Assembly: GCA_964538355.1 (NCBI GenBank)
Contig: CAZIFC010000007.1
Coordinates: forward strand, 5,924-69,923
DNA: 64,000 bases
Reading direction: 5' to 3'
DNA from: an uncultured Lawsonia sp.
GTDB lineage: Bacteria; Desulfobacterota; Desulfovibrionia; Desulfovibrionales; Desulfovibrionaceae
Each line of letters starts with the position of its first letter. Positions within the stretch are counted from its first letter, which is position 1. The notes beneath the pieces were generated by a model. That model was not told the DNA's origin. It saw only the letters and a program-made list of their open reading frames with translations, and made no database searches. Shown here piece by piece: positions 1 through 10,065 of the stretch. The position numbers and the translations under genes were made by a program.

Positions 1-2
1 TC

Positions 3-782
3 AGCCCGGAAGAGATCATGTTTTATCGGCATGTGCTTGCCTATCTTTCCTTGCTGGCAGCCTATCCGCATTTTCACCGTTCGGGCGGCTGGCGTGAGGA
101 GCTGCTGTTCATGGGCGCGGGGATTTTTGGAAGCACCCTGTACTTTTTGACGGAAAATTATGCGCTCAAGTTCAGTACGGCGACCAATGTAGGGCTGCTG
201 CTTGCCACCACCCCGATGTTGACCGCCATTGTGGCGCGTTTTCTTACAAAGGGGGAACCGTTCAACAGGCAGCTTGGCGCAGGGTTCTGTATTGCTTTTC
301 TGGGGGTGGCCCTCGTTATCTTTAACGGGCATTTTGTTTTGCAGCTGCATCCAGCCGGGGATATTCTCGCGTTGGCGGCGGGGCTTTCATGGGCACTGTA
401 TTCCACAATGGTCAAGAAGATCGGCACGCGCTATAACGGGATGTATATTACCAGAAAAATTTTCTTTTACGCTATCGTGACCATGCTCCCCGTGCTGGCT
501 TTTGGGGATTTCCGCTTTGAATTTACGCGGCTGGCCAATCCGACCGTCTACCTGAACTTGGTCTTTCTTGGCGTTGTGGCTTCTTCGCTCTGCTTTCTGA
601 TCTGGAGCAAGATCATCTGGAAGATCGGCCCGGTGGCGGTCAACAATTTTATTTATCTCATGCCGTTCATCACCATGCTTGCCGCGTGGCTTCTTTTAGG
701 GGAGCAGCTGACGCCTATAGCCGTCTTCGGCGGTGTGGTCATCCTTGCGGGGGTCTGGGTTTCCACCCGTGCCAGCCAATAA
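3..782 (+). CDS. DMT/EamA family transporter, 5'-truncated by the window edge
   Basis: Frame is open to the window start (SPEEIMFYRH...). It has many hydrophobic helices and EamA-like repeat halves. Confidence 0.8.
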   Translation, partial: SPEEIMFYRHVLAYLSLLAAYPHFHRSGGWREELLFMGAGIFGSTLYFLTENYALKFSTATNVGLLLATTPMLTAIVARFLTKGEPFNRQLGAGFCIAFLGVALVIFNGHFVLQLHPAGDILALAAGLSWALYSTMVKKIGTRYNGMYITRKIFFYAIVTMLPVLAFGDFRFEFTRLANPTVYLNLVFLGVVASSLCFLIWSKIIWKIGPVAVNNFIYLMPFITMLAAWLLLGEQLTPIAVFGGVVILAGVWVSTRASQ

Positions 783-971
783 AATGAGTGCAATAACGGG
801 GTGTTTTCATACTCCGTCTTGTCCTGCAACCGAGTGGAGGGCCAGCTGTTCCGTCATGAGATCGGCACTTTTTTGTGCGAATGATTTCTGGTAGGCTTTG
901 CTCCCCGCAGCGTCTTGGGCAAGGGCTTCAAGGCGGATTTGCATCGCGTACCTCAATCCGGCTGGAGGCGT

Positions 972-3900
972 ATGGCACGTTTTTTTATTGATCGTCCGGT
1001 ATTTGCATGGGTTATCTCCATTCTGATCATGATGTCGGGCGTGGTTTCGATTTTTCAGCTGCCCGTGACGCAATATCCCCGTATCGCGCCGCCGGTGGTG
1101 ACCATTACCGCGAAATATTCGGGCGCGTCGGCGCAAACCCTTGAAGATACCGTTACCCAGCTTATAGAGCAAAAGCTCAACGGCATTGATGGGCTGCTGT
1201 ATATCAGCTCTACAAGTGACGCCTCAGGCCGGGTGTCTATCCGGTTGACCTTCGATCCCGACACCAATCCTGATGTGGCCCAGATGCAGGTACAGAACAA
1301 GCTGCAGCTCGCCATGTCCTCGCTGCCTGAAGACGTGACCCGGCAGGGCCTGACGGTGACCAAGGTGGCGGACAGCTACCTCCAGATGTACGCGTTCGTA
1401 TCCGCCAACGACTCCATGAGCGCGGCAGACCTGTGCGACTTCGTCGGTTCGGTCATTCTCGATCCGTTGAGCCGTGTGGAGGGCGTGGGCGAAGTCTCGC
1501 TGTTCGGTGCGCCGTATGCCATGCGGATTTGGCTGGACCCCTCGAAACTCCACTCCTTCAAGCTGACCCCTTCCGACGTGATCAGCGCGATCAAGGTGCA
1601 GAACAAGCAGATCTCGCTTGGGGAGGTGGGAAGCACGCCCATCGAGAGCGGGCAGCAGCTCAACGTGAAGATCAAGGCGCAGCGGCAGCTGACCTCCGTT
1701 TCGGAATTCGAGCGGATTCTGCTCCGCGTGAACCGGGACGGCTCGACGGTCCGCCTCCGTGACGTGGCCCGGGTGGAGCTTGGGCAGGAGAGCTATGCGT
1801 CTTCGGCCCGCTACAACGGCAAGCCCGCGGCAGGGGTGGGCATCAAGCTGGCTTCGGACGCCAACGCGCTCAAGACTTCGGAGGCCGTTGCCGCTTTTCT
1901 GGAAGCGATGCGGCCCTATTTTCCGCATGGCGTAGAGGTGGTTTCCCCCTACGATACGGTTCCGTTTATCCGGCTGTCGATTCTTGAAGTCGTCAAGACC
2001 CTGCTTGAAGCCATTGCGCTGGTTTTTATTGTTCTGTATCTGTTCCTCCAAAATATCCGGGCAACGCTCATCCCCTCGCTGGCGGTTCCCGTGGTTCTGC
2101 TTGGCACCTTCGGGGTCATGGCGGCCTTTGGGTTCAGCATCAACACGCTCACCATGTTCGGGATGGTGCTCGCCATCGGCTTGCTGGTGGATGATGCCAT
2201 CGTGGTTGTGGAAAACGTGGTCCGCGTCATGCATGAGGACGCCCTGCCTCCACGCGAGGCGACCATCCGCACCATGCAGCAGATTACCGGCGCGCTCATA
2301 GGGGTGGCGGCGGTGCTGTCCGCCGTGTTTGTGCCGATGGCCTTTTTCGGGGGCACGGTAGGGGCCATCTACCGCCAGTTTTCGTTGACCATCGTTTCGG
2401 CGATGGTGCTTTCCGTTGTGGTGGCTGTCGTGCTGACGCCCGTGCTGTGCGCCACCTTTCTCAAGCCGGGGAACCATATTTCCCAGCACGGTTTTTTCGG
2501 CTGGTTCAACCGCTCTTTCGACCGGGCCACGATAGGCTATCGAAACCTTGTCGGCGTGGCTGTCCGCCGGGGCGGGCGGCTGATGATCCTGTATCTGGCC
2601 CTGCTCGCGTGCGGAGGCTGGCTGCTGTGGCGGATGCCCACGGCCTTTTTGCCTGACGAGGATCAGGGCATCCTGACGGTTCAGATCCAGCTTGGGCCAG
2701 GAGCCACGGAAACAGAGACCCTCAAGGTCGTCGAGCGGGTGGAGCGGTACTTTCTTGAAAACGAGAAAGACGTGGTGCACGGCATGATGCTGACGCTCGG
2801 CCGCTCTTCCGGCGGCAAGGGCCAGAGTGCGGCGCAGGGGAATATCCGCCTTCGGGACTGGAGCGAGCGCGATGCGCCGGAGCTGCGGGTCAGGGCCATC
2901 ATCGACCGTGCGAATGCCGCGTTTTCGTCGATCCGCAATGCGCGGGTGTTCGTCTCCGCGCCCCCGGCAATCCGCTCTCTGGGCAACGCGACGGGGTTCG
3001 ACTTTGAATTGCAGGATCAGGCCGGGCTTGGGCATGAGGCCCTCATCGCGGCGCGCGATCAGCTTATCGGTCTGGCCCGGCGCAGCCCGTTGCTGCGAAA
3101 CGTCAGAGCCTACGGGCAGGATGACGCTCCGCAGCTTGAAGTCGTCCTTGATCAGGAAAAGGCCGGAGCCTTCGGCCTGAATATTGATGCTGTCAATGCG
3201 GATCTGGCAGCCGCCTGGGGTGGCAAATATGTCAACGACTTTGTGGACCGTAGCCGCGTCAAGAAAGTGTATGTGCAGGCCGACGGGCCATTCCGCATGC
3301 TGCCGGAAGATTTCGGGCGGTGGCACTTCCGCAACAGCGAGGGTGAGATGGTCCCCTTTTCCTCCATCGGAGAGGCCTACTGGACCTACGGGCCTATGCA
3401 GCTTGAACGCTATAACGGCGTTTCGGCAGTGCGGATACAGGGACGGGCCGCTGCCGGGGAAAGCTCGGGAACGGCAATGCTGGAAATGGAACGCCTGATG
3501 CGGGAGCTGCCCGAGGGGATCGGATACCAGTGGACGGGCATGTCGTTTCAGGAGCGGCTTTCCGGCTCTCAGGCTCCCTTCCTGTATGCCCTGTCCATTG
3601 CCGTGGTGTTTCTCTGCCTTGCCGCGCTGTATGAAAGCTGGAGCATTCCGCTGGCGGTCATTCTCGTGGTTCCGCTCGGCGTGCTCGGGGCTGTGGCGGC
3701 TACCGGCGCGCGGGGCTTGTCCAACGACATCTATTTTCAGATCGGCCTGCTGGCAACCATCGGGCTTTCCGCAAAGAACGCCATCCTGATTGTGGAGTTT
3801 GCCCGCGAGCTGCACCGGCAGGGCGCAAGCCTTGTCGATGCGGCGGTGGAAGCCTCCCGCCTGCGCCTGCGCCCCATCCTGATGACCTCGCTGGCCTTTC

Positions 3901-4109
3901 TTATCGGCGTACTGCCGCTGGCCGTGAGCAAGGGGGCCGGTTCCGGCAGCCAGAACGCCATCGGCACGGGCGTCATGGGAGGAACCTTTTCCGCAACCGT
4001 GTTTGGGATCTTGTTTGTTCCTGTGTTTTTCGTAGTCGTCTTTCGCCTGCTTTCGCGCGTGGGCGGAACCGGGAAAGGCAGGGCAGGGAAAAAAGATATC
4101 ATGCCTTGA
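972..4109 (+). CDS. RND efflux permease, AcrB/MexB (HAE1) type
   Basis: MARFFIDRPVFAWVI N-terminus; proton-relay motifs LLVDDAIVVVEN, AKNAIL and RLRPILMTS. ATG 972 follows GGAGG. Confidence 0.95.
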   Translation: MARFFIDRPVFAWVISILIMMSGVVSIFQLPVTQYPRIAPPVVTITAKYSGASAQTLEDTVTQLIEQKLNGIDGLLYISSTSDASGRVSIRLTFDPDTNPDVAQMQVQNKLQLAMSSLPEDVTRQGLTVTKVADSYLQMYAFVSANDSMSAADLCDFVGSVILDPLSRVEGVGEVSLFGAPYAMRIWLDPSKLHSFKLTPSDVISAIKVQNKQISLGEVGSTPIESGQQLNVKIKAQRQLTSVSEFERILLRVNRDGSTVRLRDVARVELGQESYASSARYNGKPAAGVGIKLASDANALKTSEAVAAFLEAMRPYFPHGVEVVSPYDTVPFIRLSILEVVKTLLEAIALVFIVLYLFLQNIRATLIPSLAVPVVLLGTFGVMAAFGFSINTLTMFGMVLAIGLLVDDAIVVVENVVRVMHEDALPPREATIRTMQQITGALIGVAAVLSAVFVPMAFFGGTVGAIYRQFSLTIVSAMVLSVVVAVVLTPVLCATFLKPGNHISQHGFFGWFNRSFDRATIGYRNLVGVAVRRGGRLMILYLALLACGGWLLWRMPTAFLPDEDQGILTVQIQLGPGATETETLKVVERVERYFLENEKDVVHGMMLTLGRSSGGKGQSAAQGNIRLRDWSERDAPELRVRAIIDRANAAFSSIRNARVFVSAPPAIRSLGNATGFDFELQDQAGLGHEALIAARDQLIGLARRSPLLRNVRAYGQDDAPQLEVVLDQEKAGAFGLNIDAVNADLAAAWGGKYVNDFVDRSRVKKVYVQADGPFRMLPEDFGRWHFRNSEGEMVPFSSIGEAYWTYGPMQLERYNGVSAVRIQGRAAAGESSGTAMLEMERLMRELPEGIGYQWTGMSFQERLSGSQAPFLYALSIAVVFLCLAALYESWSIPLAVILVVPLGVLGAVAATGARGLSNDIYFQIGLLATIGLSAKNAILIVEFARELHRQGASLVDAAVEASRLRLRPILMTSLAFLIGVLPLAVSKGAGSGSQNAIGTGVMGGTFSATVFGILFVPVFFVVVFRLLSRVGGTGKGRAGKKDIMP

Positions 4110-4133
4110 CTTTAACGGGTTCGGCGGTACTCT
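4106..4133 (+). promoter_or_regulatory. possible sigma70 promoter for uspA
   Basis: TTGACT-16 nt-TACTCT about 50 nt upstream of the ATG. Confidence 0.4.
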
Positions 4134-4181
4134 AGGGACAAACCCTCGTGTCTGTCGAACTCGTTATGCAGGAGAAGCCTT

Positions 4182-4631
4182 ATGGAGATGAAGAAGATCC
4201 TTTGCGCTGTCGATTTGCAGGACAAGATCAACCCGGCCGTCGAATACACGAAAATGTTCGCGGAGGTTACGGACGCTTCAATCGTGCTGATTTACGTTAT
4301 TTCGTCTCGGTCCACCTATGAGAACCTGCAGATCCCCGTGGAAGAAATCGTGAAGGGGATGCGGGCCATCTGGGGACGCTCCCGGGAAGAGATGGATGCC
4401 TTCGCCAAGGCGCATTTCCCCGGCAAGGAGGTTCAGACCCTGATTTATGAAGGGCGGCCTGCCGAAAAGATTGTGGAAACGGCCAAGGAGCTGGGTGCGG
4501 ATATGATTGTAATGGGTACGCACGGACGTGAGGGGCTGGATCGCCTGTTCTTCGGGTCTGTCGCCAACGAGGTGGTGAAGACCGCCGAATGTCCCGTGCT
4601 GACCATCCGGCCCCATAAGCAGGAGGCGTAA
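4182..4631 (+). CDS. universal stress protein (UspA family)
   Basis: KKILCAVD N-terminus and ADMIVMGTHG...FFGSVANEVV motif. Confidence 0.93.
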   Translation: MEMKKILCAVDLQDKINPAVEYTKMFAEVTDASIVLIYVISSRSTYENLQIPVEEIVKGMRAIWGRSREEMDAFAKAHFPGKEVQTLIYEGRPAEKIVETAKELGADMIVMGTHGREGLDRLFFGSVANEVVKTAECPVLTIRPHKQEA

Positions 4632-4662
4632 GCCCGCCTTGCAACGCCTGACCTTGCAGCAG

Positions 4663-4697
4663 AAAAGAGGAGCACCTTCCCGTGTTCCTCTTTTTTT
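4663..4697 (+). terminator. intrinsic terminator
   Basis: AAAAGAGGAGCAC / GTGTTCCTCTTTT stem followed by a T run. Confidence 0.8.
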
Positions 4698-4854
4698 GTG
4701 CCGTTAAAAGACAAGTGATTCAAAGGGGAAAGGGAAATGTCTGAGAATCATCCAATGGTTGTTGTTATTTTTATTCATATTGTGTTACTCGTTACCTGAC
4801 GGCGCAAACGTGCCGGAGTCTCTTCAGATACATTTTAGAGAAGGAGTTTCGGGT

Positions 4855-5634
4855 ATGTGGAAAACGTTTCTGATGAGCGGGGCCTTGATGCTGTCCGTTT
4901 CCGGCGTTGCGCTGGCGCATTTTGGCATGGTGATTCCTTCCGCGAGCACGGTGACCGAGAAAAAGGACGCCAACGTGACGCTGGACGTTTCGTTTACGCA
5001 TCCTATGGAAATGCAGGGAATGCCCATGGCCGCGCCGAAATCCATGCGGGTGATCGCCAACGGCAAGAGCGAGGATCTGACCGGCACGCTCAAGCCCAAG
5101 AAGATTGTCGATCATGAGGCATGGACTACGCAGTACGCCATCAAGCGTCCCGGCGTATACCAATTCGTCATGGAACCCCAGCCGTACTGGGAACCTGCGG
5201 AAGACTGCTATATCGTCCACTACACCAAGACCTATGTGGCGGCCTTTGGCGAAGAGGAAGGCTGGGACGAACCCGTTGGCCTGAAAACCGAGATCGTGCC
5301 GCTGACCCGTCCTTTCGGCAATTATGCCGGGAATGCCTTTCAGGGGCAGGTGCTGCTGAACGGCAAGCCCGTTCCCGGCGCGATGGTCGAAGTGGAGCTG
5401 TACAACAAGGACAGGAGCTACGAAGCCCCCAACGACTACATGGTGACGCAGGTGGTCAAGGCAGATGCCAACGGTGTCTTCACCTACGCGGTTCCCTTCT
5501 CCGGCTGGTGGGGCTTTGCCGCCCTGAACACGGCTGACGAGAAGCTCGATCACGCCGGTTCTCCCAAGTCCGTAGAGCTTGGCGCGGTGCTGTGGGCAGA
5601 GTTTGTGGATCCTGTGGCTGCCAATCGCCCGTAA
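4855..5634 (+). CDS. periplasmic DUF4198 / NikK-like component of a Ni/Co ECF transporter
   Basis: Signal peptide ending [10 protein letters not shown]; first gene of an M-L-Q-O cluster; RBS AAGGAG. Confidence 0.8.
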   Translation: MWKTFLMSGALMLSVSGVALAHFGMVIPSASTVTEKKDANVTLDVSFTHPMEMQGMPMAAPKSMRVIANGKSEDLTGTLKPKKIVDHEAWTTQYAIKRPGVYQFVMEPQPYWEPAEDCYIVHYTKTYVAAFGEEEGWDEPVGLKTEIVPLTRPFGNYAGNAFQGQVLLNGKPVPGAMVEVELYNKDRSYEAPNDYMVTQVVKADANGVFTYAVPFSGWWGFAALNTADEKLDHAGSPKSVELGAVLWAEFVDPVAANRP

Positions 5635-5759
5635 TGCCCCGTTTTCTCGTGGTGCATCGGTGTTGGCGGGAACAGCGTTCCTGAACAGGGAAGGGCGCGG
5701 AACCGGGCCGGTTGAAAGGCCGGGTTCCGCCCCAACCGACGAACTCAGAGGGTTGGAAC

Positions 5760-6383
5760 ATGCATATTTCGGAAGGCGTGCTTTCTCCGGCGGTTCTTTG
5801 CGGTGGGGCGGCGTTGGCGGCGGTGGGCATTGCCATCGGGCTGCGGAAGCTGGATTATGATCGGCTGATGACGGTAGCGATTCTGGCGGCAACCTTTTTT
5901 GTCGGTTCGCTCATCCATGTGCCTATCGGGCCGAGCAGCGTGCACCTCATTCTGAATGGCCTTCTTGGGGTGCTGCTGGGCTGGGCGGCCTTTCCCGCCA
6001 TTTTCGTCGCCCTCATGCTTCAGGGCATCCTGTTCCAGTACGGCGGCATCACCGTGCTCGGCGTGAACACCTTGAACATGGCCTTCCCTGCGGTCGTCTG
6101 CGCCTGCCTGTTCCGCCCCCTGCTGCTGAAGTCTGCCCGCTGGCGAGCCTTTGGCGCGTTTTGCTGCGGGGCCTTTTCCGTCGCCGGGGCGGGCCTGCTG
6201 ACGGCGTTGTCCCTGAGTTTCAGCGAGGAAGGTTTTTTGCGGACGGCCCAGATCCTTTTTCTGGCCCATATTCCCGTCATGGTTGTGGAAGGCGTGATTA
6301 CCGCGCTGGCGGTTTCGTTCATAGCCAGAGTACGCCCGGAAATTCTGGAGTTTTCCAGATCAAAGGAGCCATCATGCGCGTAA
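5760..6383 (+). CDS. cbiM: Ni/Co ECF transporter S component (CbiM/NikM)
   Basis: N-terminal MHISEG metal-binding motif, HVPIGPSSVHL motif and multiple TM helices. Confidence 0.92.
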   Translation: MHISEGVLSPAVLCGGAALAAVGIAIGLRKLDYDRLMTVAILAATFFVGSLIHVPIGPSSVHLILNGLLGVLLGWAAFPAIFVALMLQGILFQYGGITVLGVNTLNMAFPAVVCACLFRPLLLKSARWRAFGAFCCGAFSVAGAGLLTALSLSFSEEGFLRTAQILFLAHIPVMVVEGVITALAVSFIARVRPEILEFSRSKEPSCA

Positions 6384-7012
6384 AGCTGTTGTGCGTGCCC
6401 TTGCTGTGCCTTGCGCTGGCCTCTCCCGCGCTGGCGCACAGGGTGAACATCTTTGCCTTTGTGGACGGTGACGCCGTACAGGTCGAGTGCGGCTTCAACA
6501 GGAGCCAGAAAGTCAAGGGCGGTACGGTCGAGGTGCTGGACGCGGTGACCGGGGCCAAGCTGGCGCAGGGGACAACCGACGACGGCGGCGTGTTCCGGTT
6601 CCCCGTGACCGGGGCAATCCGCGAGGCCGGGCATGATCTGACGATCCGCATCATTGCCGGAGAGGGACACCAGAACGACTGGACCGTCTCCGCCGATGAA
6701 CTGAAGGCGTCGGGCGGAGCGTCCGCCGTGCCGCCTGCTGCCGTGCCCGCGGTTTCGGCAGCGTCCGCCGGGCCGGTTCCCGCTGCTTCCGCGGCCTCCC
6801 CCGCCGCGCCTTCCCTGCCCCCGGCGCAGGGTGTGAGTGCGGCCGAGATAGCGCACATTGTAGATGCCGCACTGGATGCCAGGCTTTCCCCCATCAAGCG
6901 GATGCTTGCCGAACAGACGGAAGCCGGGCCGACACTGCGGGATATCATCGGCGGCATCGGCTGGATTTTCGGGCTGATCGGCGTTGCGGCCTACTTCCGG
7001 CGTCGTCCCTGA
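6374..7012 (+). CDS. CbiL/NikL-like accessory membrane protein
   Basis: Signal peptide then AHRVNIFA; C-terminal DIIGGIGWIFGL helix; lies between M and Q. Confidence 0.75.
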   Translation: MRVKLLCVPLLCLALASPALAHRVNIFAFVDGDAVQVECGFNRSQKVKGGTVEVLDAVTGAKLAQGTTDDGGVFRFPVTGAIREAGHDLTIRIIAGEGHQNDWTVSADELKASGGASAVPPAAVPAVSAASAGPVPAASAASPAAPSLPPAQGVSAAEIAHIVDAALDARLSPIKRMLAEQTEAGPTLRDIIGGIGWIFGLIGVAAYFRRRP

Positions 7013-7779
7013 TGTTTGACGAACCGTTTGCCCACGGGCGTTCTCCCGTGCACTCCCTCGACCCTCGGGTCCGCCTGGCGGCGGCGTTTGCGGGTGCGGT
7101 ATGCCTTGCCGTGCTGAGAACGCCGCAAGCCGCCGCCCTGGGTTTGGGGCTGGCAGGGCTGCTGCTTGGGCTGAGCAGGCCCTCGCCGCGCCTCGTGCTC
7201 CGCAGGCTTGCCGTGATCAATGCCTTCATCGCCTTTTTGTGGCTGACGGTTCCCTTCACCTCGGGCGGGGAACCGCTGGCCGTCTGGGGGCCGCTGGCGG
7301 TCAGCCGTTCCGGGATGCTGTTGACCCTGCTTGTCACCCTGAAGTCGAATGCCATTGTCCTGCTCTTTCTCGCGCTGGTGGCGACGATGGATTCCCCGAC
7401 CATCGGTTACGCGCTGGAGCGGCTGCGCTGTCCTCCCAAGCTGGTGTTTCTGTTCCTCTTCACGTATCGTTATCTGCACGTCATTGCCGATGAATGGCAC
7501 AAGCTGCATGTGGCCGCACGGCTGCGCGGCTTTGTGCCCCGCACGAACCTCCATACCTACCGTGCCATCGCCAACATGCTCGGCATGGTGTTCGTGCAGA
7601 GTTTCGACCGTTCCGTCAGAGTCTACGAAGCCATGTTGCTGCGCGGCTTTTCCGGCCGTTTCCAGTCGGTGACGGCATTCCGGGCCGCACCCCGGGACGC
7701 CGTGTTTGCCGTGGCAGCCCTTGCAGGCGCGGCGGGCATCCTCGCCCTTGATCTGTTTCTGGAGTTTTCCCGTGTCTGA
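7012..7779 (+). CDS. cbiQ: ECF transporter T component (CbiQ/NikQ)
   Basis: SPVHSLDPRVRL start; FTYRY and AMLLRGF motifs. Confidence 0.92.
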   Translation: MFDEPFAHGRSPVHSLDPRVRLAAAFAGAVCLAVLRTPQAAALGLGLAGLLLGLSRPSPRLVLRRLAVINAFIAFLWLTVPFTSGGEPLAVWGPLAVSRSGMLLTLLVTLKSNAIVLLFLALVATMDSPTIGYALERLRCPPKLVFLFLFTYRYLHVIADEWHKLHVAARLRGFVPRTNLHTYRAIANMLGMVFVQSFDRSVRVYEAMLLRGFSGRFQSVTAFRAAPRDAVFAVAALAGAAGILALDLFLEFSRV

Positions 7780-8491
7780 ACCCCTGCTGGAACTGGAACA
7801 TGTTTCCTTTGTCTATCCCGGAGGCCGAGAGGTCTTCCGTGACCTGCACTTTGCTTTCCGCCCGGATTGCCAGATCGGGCTGTACGGTCCCAACGGCAGC
7901 GGAAAGACCACGTTTTTTCGGCTGATCATGGGGCTGGCCAAACCCGGAACGGGCCGGATTCTGTTTCATGGGCGGCCTATGGAAACGGAAAGGGATTTCC
8001 GGGAACTGCGCTGCCGCATCGGGCTGGTGCTCCAGCATGCCGAGGATCAGCTGTTTTGCCCCACGGTGCTGGAAGACGTGGCGTTCGGCCCGCTGAATCT
8101 GGGCCTTTCGCAGGAAGAGGCGCGGGAGCGGGCAAGTGCCACCCTGCGGCGTCTGGGCTTGGAAGGGTTTGAGAACCGCCTGACGCATCGTCTGTCCGGC
8201 GGAGAGAAAAAGCTGGTGTCCCTGGCTTCCGTACTGGCGATGGAGCCGGAGGCCCTGCTTCTTGACGAGCCGACCAACGGGCTTGATCCAGAGGCCCGGC
8301 AGCGCATCATCGGCGTGCTGAAAACCTTGCCCACGGCCCGGATCATCATTTCCCACGATTGGGATTTTCTGGCGGAAACGTCCTCCGAATATCTGACGGT
8401 GGTGGACAGGCAGCTGACGTCAGCCGCGCCCTCTCAGGCGCACGCGCACACGCATCTTCACCCGCTTGGTTCCCACCCGCACGCGCACTAG
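7772..8491 (+). CDS. cbiO: ECF transporter ATPase (CbiO/NikO) with His-rich tail
   Basis: Walker A GPNGSGKTT, signature LSGGEKK, Walker B LLLDEP; GTG start overlaps cbiQ. Confidence 0.92.
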   Translation: MSEPLLELEHVSFVYPGGREVFRDLHFAFRPDCQIGLYGPNGSGKTTFFRLIMGLAKPGTGRILFHGRPMETERDFRELRCRIGLVLQHAEDQLFCPTVLEDVAFGPLNLGLSQEEARERASATLRRLGLEGFENRLTHRLSGGEKKLVSLASVLAMEPEALLLDEPTNGLDPEARQRIIGVLKTLPTARIIISHDWDFLAETSSEYLTVVDRQLTSAAPSQAHAHTHLHPLGSHPHAH

Positions 8492-8524
8492 AGCCGATAG
8501 CCGGCGACGGAACCGAGGGAACGC

Positions 8525-8561
8525 AAAGGCCCCGATCCCTCACAGGGCCGGGGCCTTCTTT
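8525..8561. terminator. bidirectional terminator between convergent genes
   Basis: AAGGCCCCG / CGGGGCCTT stem with an A run before it and a T-rich run after it. Confidence 0.7.
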
Positions 8562-8585
8562 CATGGAGATGGCAGGCAAGGCGCG

Positions 8586-10001
8586 CTATTCGTAGCGTAC
8601 ATTCGGCCCCCGCTTGAATTCGAGCAGCTTCCACCAGTCCGGGCATCCCGCCGCAAGCTTGCCCTGCGGCTTCAGATCCTTCCCGGCAAAGGCGGGGAAG
8701 TCCTTGCCGTAGCGGTAGGCCCGGTGCACCTGCGTTTCGGGGTTGTTGTCGCGCTTGACGCAATAGGGCTGATCGTTTGAGGAAATGGGGTTGTTGTACT
8801 CCCAGACGATCTGTTTGTCGGGGGTGACTTCAAAAAGATGTCCGTTGTTGGTGGACGTGATGAGCCAGTTGCCGTTGGGGAGCTTTTGGGCGGCGGACTG
8901 GAAATCTGAATAGAAGCTGTTGTGATCGCTGGTTTCGAACTGCCAGACGACCTGATTGGTGGCGGGGTTGATTTCCATGACCGTGCTGCGGTTCGCGCTG
9001 GGGCGATGCGTGCCGTTGTTGAAAATGGAGAGATTGCCGTTGGCGAGCCACTCCACGTCATGCGAGCCGAAGAGGATCTGATCCCCGTCGTCGTGATAGC
9101 CGGAAGGAGCCTTGCCTGCACCGTAGGCGGCGGGATTGCCGTAACGCCAGACTATCTTTTTGGTCTTGCGGTCGATGAGGTAGATTTCCCCGAAGTCGCG
9201 GGAATTCACCGCATACTGGTCGGTCTTGGCGTTGTAGCGGATCGAATTCCAGTGCGTCCAGTCGGCACGGGCGAAATAGCCCATGTTCAGGGGAAGATGC
9301 CAGTTGATGTCGATCTGGTCAGGGCCGGTTCCGATGTTGTCCCACACATGCCATTCCCACGCGGTTTCACCCTTGGGCGTGATTTCAAGGATGGCGTCGG
9401 GCCAGATGCCCTGAAGCGGCTGCCCGTCCGGGCCTTGCCCGGGCATCTTCATACCGTTGCGGCTCAGGGCGGGGTCCTTGGGATCGCGCCCCTTGGCAAG
9501 GGCTTCATCGTAGGTTTTGTTTTCCCAGATCAGGATGGCGGTATTGCCATTGGGCAGGCGGTCAAATCCGTGGTGGGCGATCTGGCGCGGATTGCTGACC
9601 CTGTATTCCCAGATCACCTTGCCATCCCACGAATATTCGCGCAGCAGGCCGTACCAGCCGCCGAAGTTCACCGGGCTGCCGGGAATCTTTTCGGCGCGCA
9701 GGAGGTTCCCGTTCGGCAGCAGTTCCGCATAGAAGGCGGGGTTTTCATGCTTCCATGTGTGCACGACATTGCCTTCCATGTCGATGAGGTAGGTCGTCTT
9801 GCTGCCGGAATTGGGTTCCGTGCCGACCTTCCATGAAGACACCAGCGGATGGGGCGTAAACAGCGTGTAGCCGTCATAGGCCCGTGCCTTGTCGTACGAA
9901 AGCAGGCCGAGCGGGCCAGTGATGGCTTCGTAGGCTCCTGCGGGAACCGCCATCAGGGCCAGGGAAAGCAGGGCTGCGGCAACGGAAAGGGTTTTGAACA
10001 T
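8586..10001 (-). CDS. aryl-sulfate sulfotransferase (ASST family), secreted
   Basis: Signal peptide (…VPAGA|YEA); beta-propeller repeats (LPNGN, WEW/WEY); His motifs HWNSI and GSHDV. Confidence 0.85.
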   Translation of the reverse strand: MFKTLSVAAALLSLALMAVPAGAYEAITGPLGLLSYDKARAYDGYTLFTPHPLVSSWKVGTEPNSGSKTTYLIDMEGNVVHTWKHENPAFYAELLPNGNLLRAEKIPGSPVNFGGWYGLLREYSWDGKVIWEYRVSNPRQIAHHGFDRLPNGNTAILIWENKTYDEALAKGRDPKDPALSRNGMKMPGQGPDGQPLQGIWPDAILEITPKGETAWEWHVWDNIGTGPDQIDINWHLPLNMGYFARADWTHWNSIRYNAKTDQYAVNSRDFGEIYLIDRKTKKIVWRYGNPAAYGAGKAPSGYHDDGDQILFGSHDVEWLANGNLSIFNNGTHRPSANRSTVMEINPATNQVVWQFETSDHNSFYSDFQSAAQKLPNGNWLITSTNNGHLFEVTPDKQIVWEYNNPISSNDQPYCVKRDNNPETQVHRAYRYGKDFPAFAGKDLKPQGKLAAGCPDWWKLLEFKRGPNVRYE

Positions 10002-10065
10002 GGGAAGCTCCTTTTCGGCTCGCCAGGGCGGGCGGGCCGGTTGTATGCGGGGAGGAGATCAGACG

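Noticed and set aside
1224-3815. 863-aa minus-strand ORF and similar long antisense ORFs (9994+, 12376-, 15323-, 16803+, 19175-, 20764-, 28514-, 32064-, 35675-, 38500-)
   Set aside because: Shadow frames of well-supported GC-rich genes, with no recognisable motifs.
4698-4854. Cobalamin riboswitch upstream of cbiM-like genes
   Set aside because: GGGAA runs are present, but the conserved B12-box and downstream core elements are not, and the space is short.
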